Below, in pieces: positions 11,255 through 23,808 of a DNA stretch of 64,000 bases. A program made the position numbers and the translations under genes. The notes beneath the pieces were generated by a model. The model did not search any database, was not told the origin of the DNA, and saw nothing but the letters and a program-made list of their open reading frames with translations. The stretch lies in assembly GCF_009914755.1 (NCBI RefSeq), contig NC_060930.1; one strand, given 5' to 3'. Source of the DNA: the human T2T-CHM13v2.0 reference genome, Homo sapiens. The number at the start of each line of letters is the position of its first letter. Position 1 is the first letter of the stretch.

Positions 11255-13405
11255 GTTTATTTTTATTTTGAATTGGCAAATAATAATTGCATATATGTAG
11301 GGGGTATGTGATATTTCAATACATGTATACATTGTATAATGGTCAGATTAGGCTAATTAACATATCCATCACCTCCCATGCTTATCATTTCTTTGTGGTA
11401 GGAGCATTTAAAATGCACTTTTTCTTTTAGCAATTTTGAAAAGTACAATAAATCATTATTAACTATAGTCACTGTGCTGTACAATAGATGAACAGAACTT
11501 ATTCCTCCTAATTGAAACTTGGTACCCTTTGACCAACAACTCCCTTTTCCCTGTCTACCACTCCTTTCAGTCAGCCTCTGGTAACCTCCATTCTACTCTC
11601 TGCTGTGAGTCCAACTTTTTTAGATTCTACATACAGGTGAGATCATGTGGTATTTGTCTTTCCATGCTTGGCTCATTTCACTTAGTATAAAGTCCTCTGC
11701 ATTCACCCATGTTTTTGCAAATGACAGAATTTCCTTCTTTTAATGGCTAAATGGTATTCCATTGTGTATATATACCACATTTAAAAAATCAATTTATCCA
11801 TCGATGGGCACTTTGATTAGTTTCATATCTTGGCATAGGAGTGCAGATATCTCTTTGATTTCAAGTCCTTTGGATACATACTTAGAAATGGGATTGCTGA
11901 ATCATATAGTAATTTTATTTTTAGGTTTTTGAGGAATCTCCTTACCATAACCCAAAATGGCTGTACTAATTTACACTGCCATCAGCAGTGTACAAGGGTT
12001 CCCTTGTCTCCACACTATTTTCGACACTTGTTATCTTTCATCTTTTTAATAATAGCCATCCTAACAGATATGAGGTGATGTCTCATTGCGGTTTCAATTT
12101 GCATTCCCCTGATGATTAGTGATGTTGAGCATTTTTTCATATACCTGTTGGCCATTTGTATGTCTTCTTTCTGAGAAATGTCTATTCAGGTCCTTTGTCC
12201 CCTTTTAATAGGGTTGTTTTCTTGCTATTGTTTGAGTTTCTTACATATTTTGGATATCAACCCCTTATCTTGTATATAATTTGAAAATATTTTCCCCCAG
12301 TTTGTGGGTGGTCTGTTCACTCTATTAATTCTTTCCTTTGTTGTGCAGAATCCTTCCAGTTTGATGCAGTCCTGTTTGTCTATTTTTGCTTTTGTTGCCT
12401 GTGCTTTTGGGATCATATCCAAGAAACCACTGCTCAGACCAATGTCATGAAGATGTCCCCCTATGTTTTCTTCTAGTAGTTTTACAGTTTCAGGTCTTAC
12501 ATTTAAATCTTTAATCCATTTTGAGTTGATTCTTGTATAAGGGGTGAGATAAAGGTTCAAGTTCATTATTCTCCATGTAGCTAGCCAGTTTGTCTGACAC
12601 CATTTATTGAAGAGACTGTCCTTTCCCCATTGTGTGTTCTTGGCGCCTGTGTAGAAAATCAATTGAGCTTGGGTGTGGGGGGTTATTTCTGGGCTATCCT
12701 TTTCCATTGGTCCATGCGTTTGTTTTCATGCCAGTACCATGTTGTTTTGATTACTATAGCTTTGTAATATATTTTGGAATTAAGTAGTATGTTGCCTCCA
12801 GCTTTGTTCTTTTTGCTCAAGATTTATTTTGCTATTCTAGCTCTTTTGTGATATTTATTTTATGACTGCTTTTTCTATTTCTGTGAAGTGACATTGGAAT
12901 TTTGATAAGAATGTCATTGAATCTGTATATTTGGGTAGTATGGACATTTTAACAATATTTCTTCCAATCCATGAACATGGGATATCTTTCCATTTATTTT
13001 TGTCATCTTCCATTTTTTCCCTCAATGTTTTATAGTTTTCAGTATGTATATCTTTTACCTCCTTGGTTATCCTAAGTATTTTTTTTTCAACTTTTATTTC
13101 ATGTTCATGGGGTACATGTATAGGTTTGTAAATTTACCCAGAGACATGGGTAAATTACATGTCACTGAGGTTTGGTGTGTCTCATTTTGGATGTGATTTT
13201 AAATGGAATTGTTTTCTTAGCTTCTTTTTCAGATAGTTCGTTATTAGTATATATAATTACTGATTTTTGTGTGTTGATTTTGTATCTTGCAATTTCATTG
13301 AATTTATCAGTTCTAACAGTTTTTTGGTGGCTTCTTTAGGGTTTTCTATATATAAGATCATGTGGTCAGAGACAATTTCACTTCTTCCTTTCCTATTTGA
13401 GAGTT
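11255..13405 (-). mobile_element. L1MA-type element, 3' UTR plus decayed ORF2 C-terminal region
   Basis: ORF 12225-12707 translates to L1 ORF2p-like [12 protein letters not shown]...[30 protein letters not shown]; L1MA 3' UTR motifs. Confidence 0.92.
13079..13180 (-). mobile_element. ~100-bp old L1PA/L1PB 3'-end fragment nested in the L1MA
   Basis: caacttttatt...ggggtacatgt...acatgggtaaatt...gtcactgaggtttggtg. Confidence 0.7.
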
Positions 13406-13411
13406 TTTCCA

Positions 13412-13516
13412 TTTTTTTTTTTTTTAAAGGCTAGGTCTCACTCTGTTGCCCAGGCTGGAGTGCAGTAGTGTGAACACAGCTCATTGCAGCCTCAACCTTC
13501 TGGGCTCAGGTGATCT
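13412..13516 (-). mobile_element. AluJ/FRAM 3' fragment
   Basis: ggtctcactctgttgcccaggctggagtgcag...gcagcctcaaccttctgggctcaggtgatc. Confidence 0.85.
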
Positions 13517-13599
13517 GAAAGGTGTCACTTTTTATTATTTAAAATTCACTTCTCTTTTAATTTTGTGGTTGGATCCTAAGAGTAGAGCACGTGAGCCAG

Positions 13600-13875
13600 A
13601 TTTAAATTGTATTCCTTTGGTCACAGTGATTGGCTCAGGGGTGAACTTATGGTGTAAGAAGAACCAATCAGAGGAAAATTTGGACTGTCTCTGGGAAAGT
13701 GGAATCTCAAACTGGAGAACAAAAACATTAGGCTCCTTGGGACATGGTTCGAATCCTGAATCAAGTCTTACCTGGTCTGTTTACTTACATAAGACAATAC
13801 ATTCTCTTTTTTTGATTTAGCTCTTTGGAGTTCAGTTTTTGTTATTTGCAACTGAAAGAATATTAATTATTATAA
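13600..13875 (+). mobile_element. Old MaLR LTR fragment (MLT1J/K-like)
   Basis: ggtcacagtgattggctcagggg...ccaatcagag; 3' end ttatttgcaactgaaaga. Confidence 0.55.
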
Positions 13876-14369
13876 TACTAAAACTTCAGATGTAGTTCAA
13901 ACTCAATAATTTAATGATGTTTATGAAAATGGTACTTGTATTGGTACTACTAAGTCCTTGAATGTAAATACTTCTAGGACTCTCTCAGAAATCAGGAAGG
14001 TAGACTCCTGCTATTGCCAGCATACTGAAAAATATAAAACCCATTTATTTGTTGCTGAAGACGTTTTCTTTGTTTGTGTGTAAATACCTAGTCTTTTCAT
14101 TCTACTAATTTATTAAGTTGGAGCATATAAACTTACCATTTTATAGGTAAAAAATGGTTGGAATTTTCCATAATTTTATATTATGGAATTCAACTTTATA
14201 TTATTTACTTTTTAAAGGAAATTTCATAGTTTTAATTTTCAACTTTCAGGTTCTCCTTCCTGCCATAATATTTATAAATGATTTCTATTTTTTTCTGTAT
14301 TGCAACAAGACCCTCTCTTGTCTGGGACAGAAAAAAATAAGCAACAAGTTAGTTGTTTGACACTCCCCT

Positions 14370-15183
<814 letters not shown>

Positions 15184-16735
15184 TCAGATGAAAGGTTAAT
15201 ATAATTAAGGAACATCTTTTTTGTTTTTTTTTTCAGAAATTGGAATGGGGGAGTAGCTGAACAGAAAAGTCCATCTTGTTCAATTCCCACAAGAACATTT
15301 CTTTGCAATATTATTGGCAGGAATATGCAGTAAAGTTCTAATAACTATTTACTCCTTTCTTTGAAACTCTATTCAGTTATAATGTGTCCTGTAAAAAGTA
15401 TGACACTGATTTCATAGTACCAATTTTAGCCTAATACATATTTAAATGATTCCCAATGTATAAAGATATTTTAGTAATAAGAAATTATTTAAGGATCCCA
15501 AACATCACAATAAACATAAAGCCTAGTTTTAGGTTGCAAAAAAGTATCAAACTTTATAAGTTTTAGTGCAAATTAAGAGAAATTACATTCTAACTACACT
15601 AATAACTGAAAACTTCATATTAGGCAAATAATGTCTTCAACTACTCAAATTATAGGAGCCCACTTCAAGAACCTCAGTAAGAAGAAATTTTGAATGGTTT
15701 AAAAATAATAAATGCCATGACATTTTAAATGGAAATTTGGCATATTTTTGAGATAAATATGATTGGATACATGTGTGTGCCATTCTTTTATCTCTTCTTA
15801 CTTTTACTGTATCTCTACTTTAATGATGACAATAATATGGCTACAGACATGAAATGGTTTATCTTTCTTCTTTTCTTTCACTCTTTCATTTAAAGCATTT
15901 ATATTATTTTTTATTGATGTCAATGTTAACATTTTGGCATCCTTCCCAAGTATATTGCAAGAAATACATCAATAAAAACTTAAATTTAAAAAATATGTAG
16001 TCTGGGGCCAGATAATAATGGCATATTTCTTTAAAATTAGGTATAAAGGAGTACAGACGAGGTCAAAATTCTAAAATTGGAATCTTGCCATTAACAAACA
16101 GAACTGACATTCTGATACTTCTATCTGCTGTGGACGTGACACAGAGACTTACCAAAGCCAAGATACATTTATTCAAGGAGGAGCAACTTGCCTTTATACT
16201 TATACCTTTGTTAATAACTTGTTTAAAGCAATCCTTTGTTTTCTTTGCATATTTGAATTGATTTGCTAAAAGTTATCTACTGTTAAATAAGCAAAACTCA
16301 AAATTTTCAAGCATATGGGACTTGTTCAGAATCAGTTTTTAGTTTCTTTTTCAGGATTTTGTACAAGTTGCAAGAGAAGAGACACAAAATTATCTTATTA
16401 ATTCTATTGCAATATGGAGATACATTTTAAACAAATGGAAATAATCAATATTAGTATTATCTGTATATTTGTGTGTGTGTGTGTTGATCTGACTATATTT
16501 TTCTTCAAAGGGAAATCACAAAGGCCAAGTGTGTTTATCAGGTAACTCACCTTAAGAAAACTTGTACTATGTGAAAAGTCAATTTCTTTAAAAACTGTCA
16601 CCAACTCAACCCTGGTTTGTAAGTAGAAAAAACTATCAATTATTTTTTAACAATAGTAATACTCCCAAGGTATATACTTCTGCCACAAAAAATTAAGAAT
16701 AGTTTACTTAGCACGTTTTGTCATTGTGGAAATCA

Positions 16736-17223
<488 letters not shown>

Positions 17224-19754
17224 TCATTATTGTTGATTATCATTTAGTCCTCCAATTCCATCAGAGTGTGCTAAGGTAGTAAAATGAAATTAGGCACAAT
17301 GCATGGCAGAAGGTATAGCAATTTGAAATGTCTTCCAAAATCAATTAGATATTACTTTGGGTTAGCAGTGGAGGTGGGAACATAGTTACAGGTAATTGAG
17401 AATTGGCTGTGAATATGGGCTCATACATTGTGTTTTTGAACATGTTGATATAATTCTGTGAAATGAGAGAAATGGCCTCAAATCACCTGGCTGCTTCTGC
17501 TTTATTTTATGGTTAGATATTCAACTGCCATCACAGACTACAATAGAGGAAAGCTGCTATTATTTATCAAAGACTAGACCTGCTAGCTGAAGTGCAGTTC
17601 ACCATTCACTTGGGTGGTGGTATGGCTCACCTCCAAAACACTGCTCATGAGTTGACCTTATTATTTTTATCTGCATGTCTTGACCTATAGCGGGCTTAAA
17701 ATGTCATTATCAACCTAATGGAAATACAGATTTTTCATTTTTTTCCCTTTCTCTGCCTTCTCTTTTTTCTTTTCTTTTCTTTTTTTTTTTTGGTATGCAT
17801 ATGTATCATAATACTCTTTGGGTTAATCAGGTCCCATAGTGGACCTCGACAATACCTGAGGGGATCCTAAGTCATCAGAATATAGGGGGTGTGAGTGGTC
17901 TCCCTTTATTTCTGGAATGCTTGCTTTCTTCGGAAATCATGAAGACATCTTTATTTGAAGCCTTGTTCATCCTTTAAATTGACTCGCAGATTTGCTATTA
18001 TCTAGAGCGTCTTGAAAGGTGTTGTGCGTATCTGACAAATGGCCTCATTATTCATTAACTTTCACTTTGATATACATATTTTTTAAGTTTTTTTCTCTTT
18101 TCTTGCTTTTAAAAATTGGATGTGTCAAACATGCCCCGACTGCTTTAGCACTGTCTATCTGTCTGGTGAAGGAGTGCTGGAAAATTCACATTTAAACAGC
18201 ATCTCCACAAGTTCTTAATGATGTGCTGAAAGGCAGCTGGCCCAAGTCCAAGTCTGGGGTTTCACTGCTCAGGAAGGTCAGTTTAGTCCTAAGGGGAAGG
18301 AAAGAAAAAAAAAAAAAAACCCAAAAGACCCAAAACCAACTATAATCTGTATATCCCGTAAAAGAAAAATTACAAATTCTGATGTAATACTTAAAATTAT
18401 TATTTCTTAATTCCAAAGTAACTGCTTTTATGACCAGCAAACTCCCAATGGTTAAAATTATTAGCTCAAGACATTTTGCTTTAGTTTAGACAAAAACCTC
18501 TAAGTGGCCTACTTTCATTTTCAGTTGGTTGAACAGTTTGTGGTTATATTTGAAATACTTTTTAAAAATGGTCTTGGGTAGGGAGTCAAATTAAAAAACC
18601 AAAAAATGCCAAACCTCAGTTTTTGAAAACTGTTTTCCTGAAGACCTGTCTAATCATTCCAATAAGGACACAAAGACATCGACCAATCACATAAATTCCT
18701 TATAGTCTCAAAAGCAACAGAAGGCCCCCCCCCCCCACTCCCCTCCTCCAATGCAGGCAAGTTTTACATTATTTCTTAGATTAGCTACACATCTTGTTTT
18801 TCATGAATTTTAAAAACACATTTATGCCTCTCTGAGGCAGGAAGAATGGGAGTTAACAGCTCAGAAGGAAAATCATAGTGACATTGGACCACATGCCATC
18901 TGACGAGGGGATTACTTATAGATGATGTGTGTTCTCTAGTTATCCCTCAAACTCCCCTTGGACGATTAACTGTCTGGTTGGGAGGTGAAGGCTAAGACAG
19001 ACAGATTAATAAACAGCTTTTCTTCACAACCAAGTCATTTGTTGAATAAAATCTATGGGAAAGCTGATGCCATAAAAGAAGTTAGATAGCATCACCATGG
19101 CATTATCGCCCTGGTTATCCCTGAACTCTGGAGACTTAATAATCTTCAAATAAGTAGTATTTAAACAAATCCCCTTTCAAAAGAAATGAAAAACTGGAGA
19201 GTTTATTTAATAACCACCACAAACATGAAGTGGTATAAAAAACTCTGCTTTCATGATTTAATTTTGATAACAACCAAATGTGCTGAGTAAGTCTTCAAGT
19301 CCCAAAGTTCAGCATTTTTTTTTTCTATTTTCCACTGCTTAATCTATTAAGAAAAACTAACAAAAATGATTGCTGCTGCTTTTGGATCTTTGAGCGTAAT
19401 TCATCTTGTTTGTTTAATGCACGGTGAAGAAAGCTGGTTAATGGAGGTTAATCAGCTTGGAACCTGCTCAAGGACAGCACGTTGAGGTTTGAGAAGGGTG
19501 CCCTATGCCATCACAGCAGTGCAAAATGCAACAAAAAACGTCTTGCAGCTCTCTGTTCAAAGAGTCATTGCATGATAAAAGAGAAGGCTACAGTCTGACT
19601 CATGATGTACTGAAATAATCTGATATCTCTGTTTGGCTTCTCTAAGAGCAGAATTTCATGGAGTCTGGGATCATTCTGAGGGGCATCCATTAAAATGTGA
19701 GTGTGAGTTTTGCTTTTTTTTTGGTCTGTGTGCAGATTTCTATACAGTTATATT

Positions 19755-19900
19755 CCTTATTCTTCTTTTGGGTTACAGGCCCCTTTGAGAATCTGATAAA
19801 AGCTATAAAATCCAGAAGAATGCACACACACAGAAGTTACACATCTTGTTAGGGAGCTCCACCAAGTCCCTGAAGCCTGTCTGTGAACCCCCTGTTGCAC
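19755..19900. mobile_element. hAT-Charlie MITE (MER117-like)
   Basis: gggttacaggcccctttgagaatctgataaaagctat...cagaagaatgcacac...cctgaagcctgtctgtgaacccc. Confidence 0.6.
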
Positions 19901-20789
19901 GTACAGACAAGACCTTGTCTGATTGATGAATTCATCTTGCATTTTTATAACCTTTCCAGGCTGCCTGCATTTTATTGGTGCTTTTTGGCAAGGGAGCCAA
20001 GACTCCTAAAAAAATCTACAAGCATGAGATTCCTTGAAATGGAGAGGTAACAAACAAAGAAAGGAACAAAGTTAAAAGCCCGAGAACCCCTAAGATTTCA
20101 TTCCTTCAGGAAAATCTGTGTCATAAATCACTTCTCCAGGTGTCTATATTTGACTCTTAGTTGTTTGTGTGGGAGTCCTTCCCTTCACTTTGCTGCCTCC
20201 ACCTGCTTTCTCCCTTCCTTCTCACCGACCCCAGCACAGGCACAGTGTTACCTGTTCTGTTCTGTTCTGCACCAGTGGGACAATGTTGCCAACTGCCTTC
20301 TCATCTAATTTGTGAAACCAGGTCTCTTTCCTCCAACATATACAATCTTGTGTCACAGGATATCTTCCTCTTTCTTTGGAAAAGATATCTTCAAGAAGAT
20401 AAGTTCTGAACTCAATAAATATTTTCCTTTCTCAAACTAGTGATAGATATAGCCCATTGACTCATTTCAAATGCCAGAGATTGCACTTGTTTTCATCAGT
20501 ACGAGTTTGCCCTTTATGCCTGTGAGGAGCTAAGTATAAGCCAGTTTCACACACCCCTCCCCTTTTAATTCAGCGCCTTGTCCATATCTCCACACCCCAA
20601 AATGAGCAGTGTCTGTACGATCTTACTGGCTCTTAACCTGAGGAAGAGAGACCTGTGGTCATCTCCTATTTAAATGTTTTCTCTTTAAGTGCAGTTTTCC
20701 AATATTCCACTAGTTGGGGCTCTATACAAAGGAAAGAAAAAGAAGGGGTTCCTGCAGAATTATTTACTAAGAAAACACAATATATGATA

Positions 20790-21610
20790 CCGCTAAACTA
20801 TTTTCTGAGGCCCTGGAAATAAGCGCGTTAATTTAATTTTTGTTCCTATATACCAACCATGAAGTTGTATTATATCGCTATATCAGACGTGCTTGCTTTG
20901 CTTACATTGGTTAGAGAAGTAAAACCAAGATTATCGCTTTTGATATGATTTGCAGGTAACCAGCTTACCCATTGCGTAGTTATTACAAAATATGAAATTA
21001 TAAAGTGCGCAATGGAACATTTGCTACGCAAGTGGTAAGACCATCTTCTTTGTAAGATTTTTCTAGGACAGTCATCTTTTAAACCCTTGTTGTTTGATTG
21101 AAAGTCTTTCCAGTCTTGAGAATTTGATTTCTGTGTCAGCCTAGGACCAGAGTTTGGACAAGATGATCTAATATCGGTTCCCTCATGAACCGCTGGGAAA
21201 CTGACTTGGTCCATGCTAACATTTGCTTCTCTCTCTCAGCTTTTACTTACTTTGTGTCAGGTTGAAAGATTACCTCGGACAGTCACAAATAATCCAAGTC
21301 TCCCAGTGCTTTGCTTACCCTTGCTTGTTGTAGGTTTGTTTATCCTGTCTTTCTCCACCTCCCCGGAGATCCTTTGGCAAATCTGATAAACAATTCCTTT
21401 TTCTTGCTCAAGGCAGAAAGTCCAATCGAATACAATGGGAGGCCAGACTTGGCTGAAATGCAGGCTGCAGGTGTTCTCAGCATTGTGGTCATCTAAACCA
21501 GATGCTGGGGGAGTTGAAGCACCTGCTTCCCTTCTCTGTGTACACTCCGGAGACTACCACTCCTGGGTAGGCTGGGCCAGAGAACCAGGCTGAAGTGAGC
21601 GACGTACATA
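20790..21610. promoter_or_regulatory. CpG-retaining, repeat-free element; candidate promoter/alternative first exon or enhancer
   Basis: 9 CpG in 20791-21028 and about 17 in 20790-21610 despite AT-rich context; clustered GTAAG donor motifs; inverted repeat 20964-21039. Confidence 0.45.
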
Positions 21611-21747
21611 CTGCAGCATCCTTTTGACAGATAAAATGAGTTGCTCTAGAAACAATTTCTCAAAATTCCCCTTTAAGTCCTCAAACACATACAGGTTGAT
21701 CTGCTATTCTCTCTCTCCCTTCCCTGATATGACACCACTATTCCTTC

Positions 21748-21778
21748 AACACACACACACACACATACACACACACAC
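21748..21778. repeat. (CA)n microsatellite, one interruption
   Basis: Direct reading. Confidence 0.95.
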
Positions 21779-22269
21779 CTGACAACAGAGCCTGCTTCAA
21801 GCAGATACTCAGAGACTCAGAGGCAACTTTATTTTTCCCCGGATTATCTAGGAAGAAAAGACTGGCTGTGGACAAGATGGTGATGACTTTTATGGTTCCG
21901 ATAACAATGAGACAGATGCCAAAAGGCTTGCATAGCCTCAAATTTTATGAACATTTCTATAGGTGTCATAAATCTCTGAACAATCCAGAGAGAACATTAA
22001 ATCTTCTATCTTGAATGTTGAAGATTAATAAGAGTTCAGGGGAGAAATTGGTCCTGAGGCAAGGTGACTATGTTATAAGCAGCTGCAGAGGTTGGCTCTG
22101 GTATTTTCATTAAGATGATTCTAAGTTGTATTATTTCAGCTCTAAATGTTAATAACACATTGACAGCAGGCCTGTGCATGTGTAGCCAAACCCTTAGTTG
22201 TATACCTGCACGAGTCAAGTTCCGTCCTTCTGTTAATATTTTTTAAAATTTTTATTTAAACAAATATTT

Positions 22270-22397
22270 AATTGTTTTGTAGGGACAGGGTCATGCTGTG
22301 CTGCCCAGGCTGGTCTTGAACTCCTGGCCTCAAGTGATCCTCTTGTCTCAACCTCCCAAAGTGCTGGGACTACAGGCATGAGCCACCGCACCTGACT
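22270..22397 (-). mobile_element. Monomeric Alu (FLAM_C-like)
   Basis: Single left-monomer-like unit ending gagccaccgcacctgac. Confidence 0.85.
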
Positions 22398-22867
22398 CCT
22401 GCTATGACTATTTCTATTCTGATTTCAGTGTTTCTTTTTACCGCAAATACTCTTCTGGGACAGAGATAATGCTTTGCATTGATACAGAGGGATATATTTT
22501 ATCTGTATATCTTTGCCCTCTGTTCTAAAAGTCAGCTGAGAAAGTTTTTGTCTTGAGGATTGAAGCCCCGACCCTGCTCCGCTCTGGAGGTTTCCATGCA
22601 AACATAGGCAGTGAGGGCCTAGGCCCAGGCCCCTTGAAGGGGAGGTATATCCTGGACCTCAGTCCTTCCCAGCACCCCATCTCCTCCCTCCAAGGGAAAC
22701 TTGTCTCTTACCTGAGCCTCTATTGATATCAGAGCTTGAGGAAGCCCTTTAAATTTGCTCCCTGTATCTCTGTAATGCACAGACACATTCTTGTTGCTAC
22801 ACGCCCAGACCAACTCTACATTCAAAATAATAATTTTTCAAAGGAGAGACCTGGGGTAGGTTTGTGA

Positions 22868-23266
22868 TGTTAAAAGATAAAACTTGGACAAATTAAATTT
22901 AACAGAGTTTAATTGAGCAAAGAGCGGTATGTGAATCGGGCAGCCTCCCAAATCAGAAGAGGCTCAGAGACTCCAGTGCAACCATGTGGTGGAAGAAGAT
23001 TTATGAACAGGAAAAAGAAAGTGATGTGCAGAAAACAGAAGTGAGGAACAGAAACAGCCTTATTGGTTACAGCTTGGAGTGAGCCTTATTTGAACATGGT
23101 TTGAATAGTTGGCCACCCTTGATTGGCTGAAACTTGGTGATTGTCACTAGAGTAGGTTACGGTCTGTTTACACATCCACTTAGGTTATAGTTCACTATAT
23201 AGAGAAAGCTTTGGGCTGAATTTAAAATATGTAAGGAGGTGGCTTTAGGCTACACTTAATTTAACA
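22868..23266 (-). mobile_element. Solo ERV1 (MER4-group) LTR, MER57-like
   Basis: TG...CA termini tgttaaa...tttaaca; 4-bp TSD gtga/gtgg; antisense of tgttaaattaagtgtagcctaaagccacctccttacatattttaa. Confidence 0.8.
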
Positions 23267-23507
23267 GTGGGCATGAGCGGGAAAGAGGGTTGGTAGGCTG
23301 GACAAGAGTGATAAATCAAAAGAAATTAGTGGAGTCGATTTGAGATGAGGGATGATATACGGTATTGGGTGAAAATCGTTTGAAATAAACCAAAGGATTC
23401 ACAACATATTTTCAAAACAACAAAAAAAGGCTACCTCAGCTCTTTTTTTTTTAGACCTCCTGTCTACATTCTTTTGGAGCAAGGCCTCATTAAAAGAGGG
23501 GATTAGA

Positions 23508-23808
<301 letters not shown>

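Noticed and set aside
12225-12707. 160-aa ORF as a protein-coding gene
   Set aside because: Decayed L1 ORF2 fragment inside an antisense L1MA
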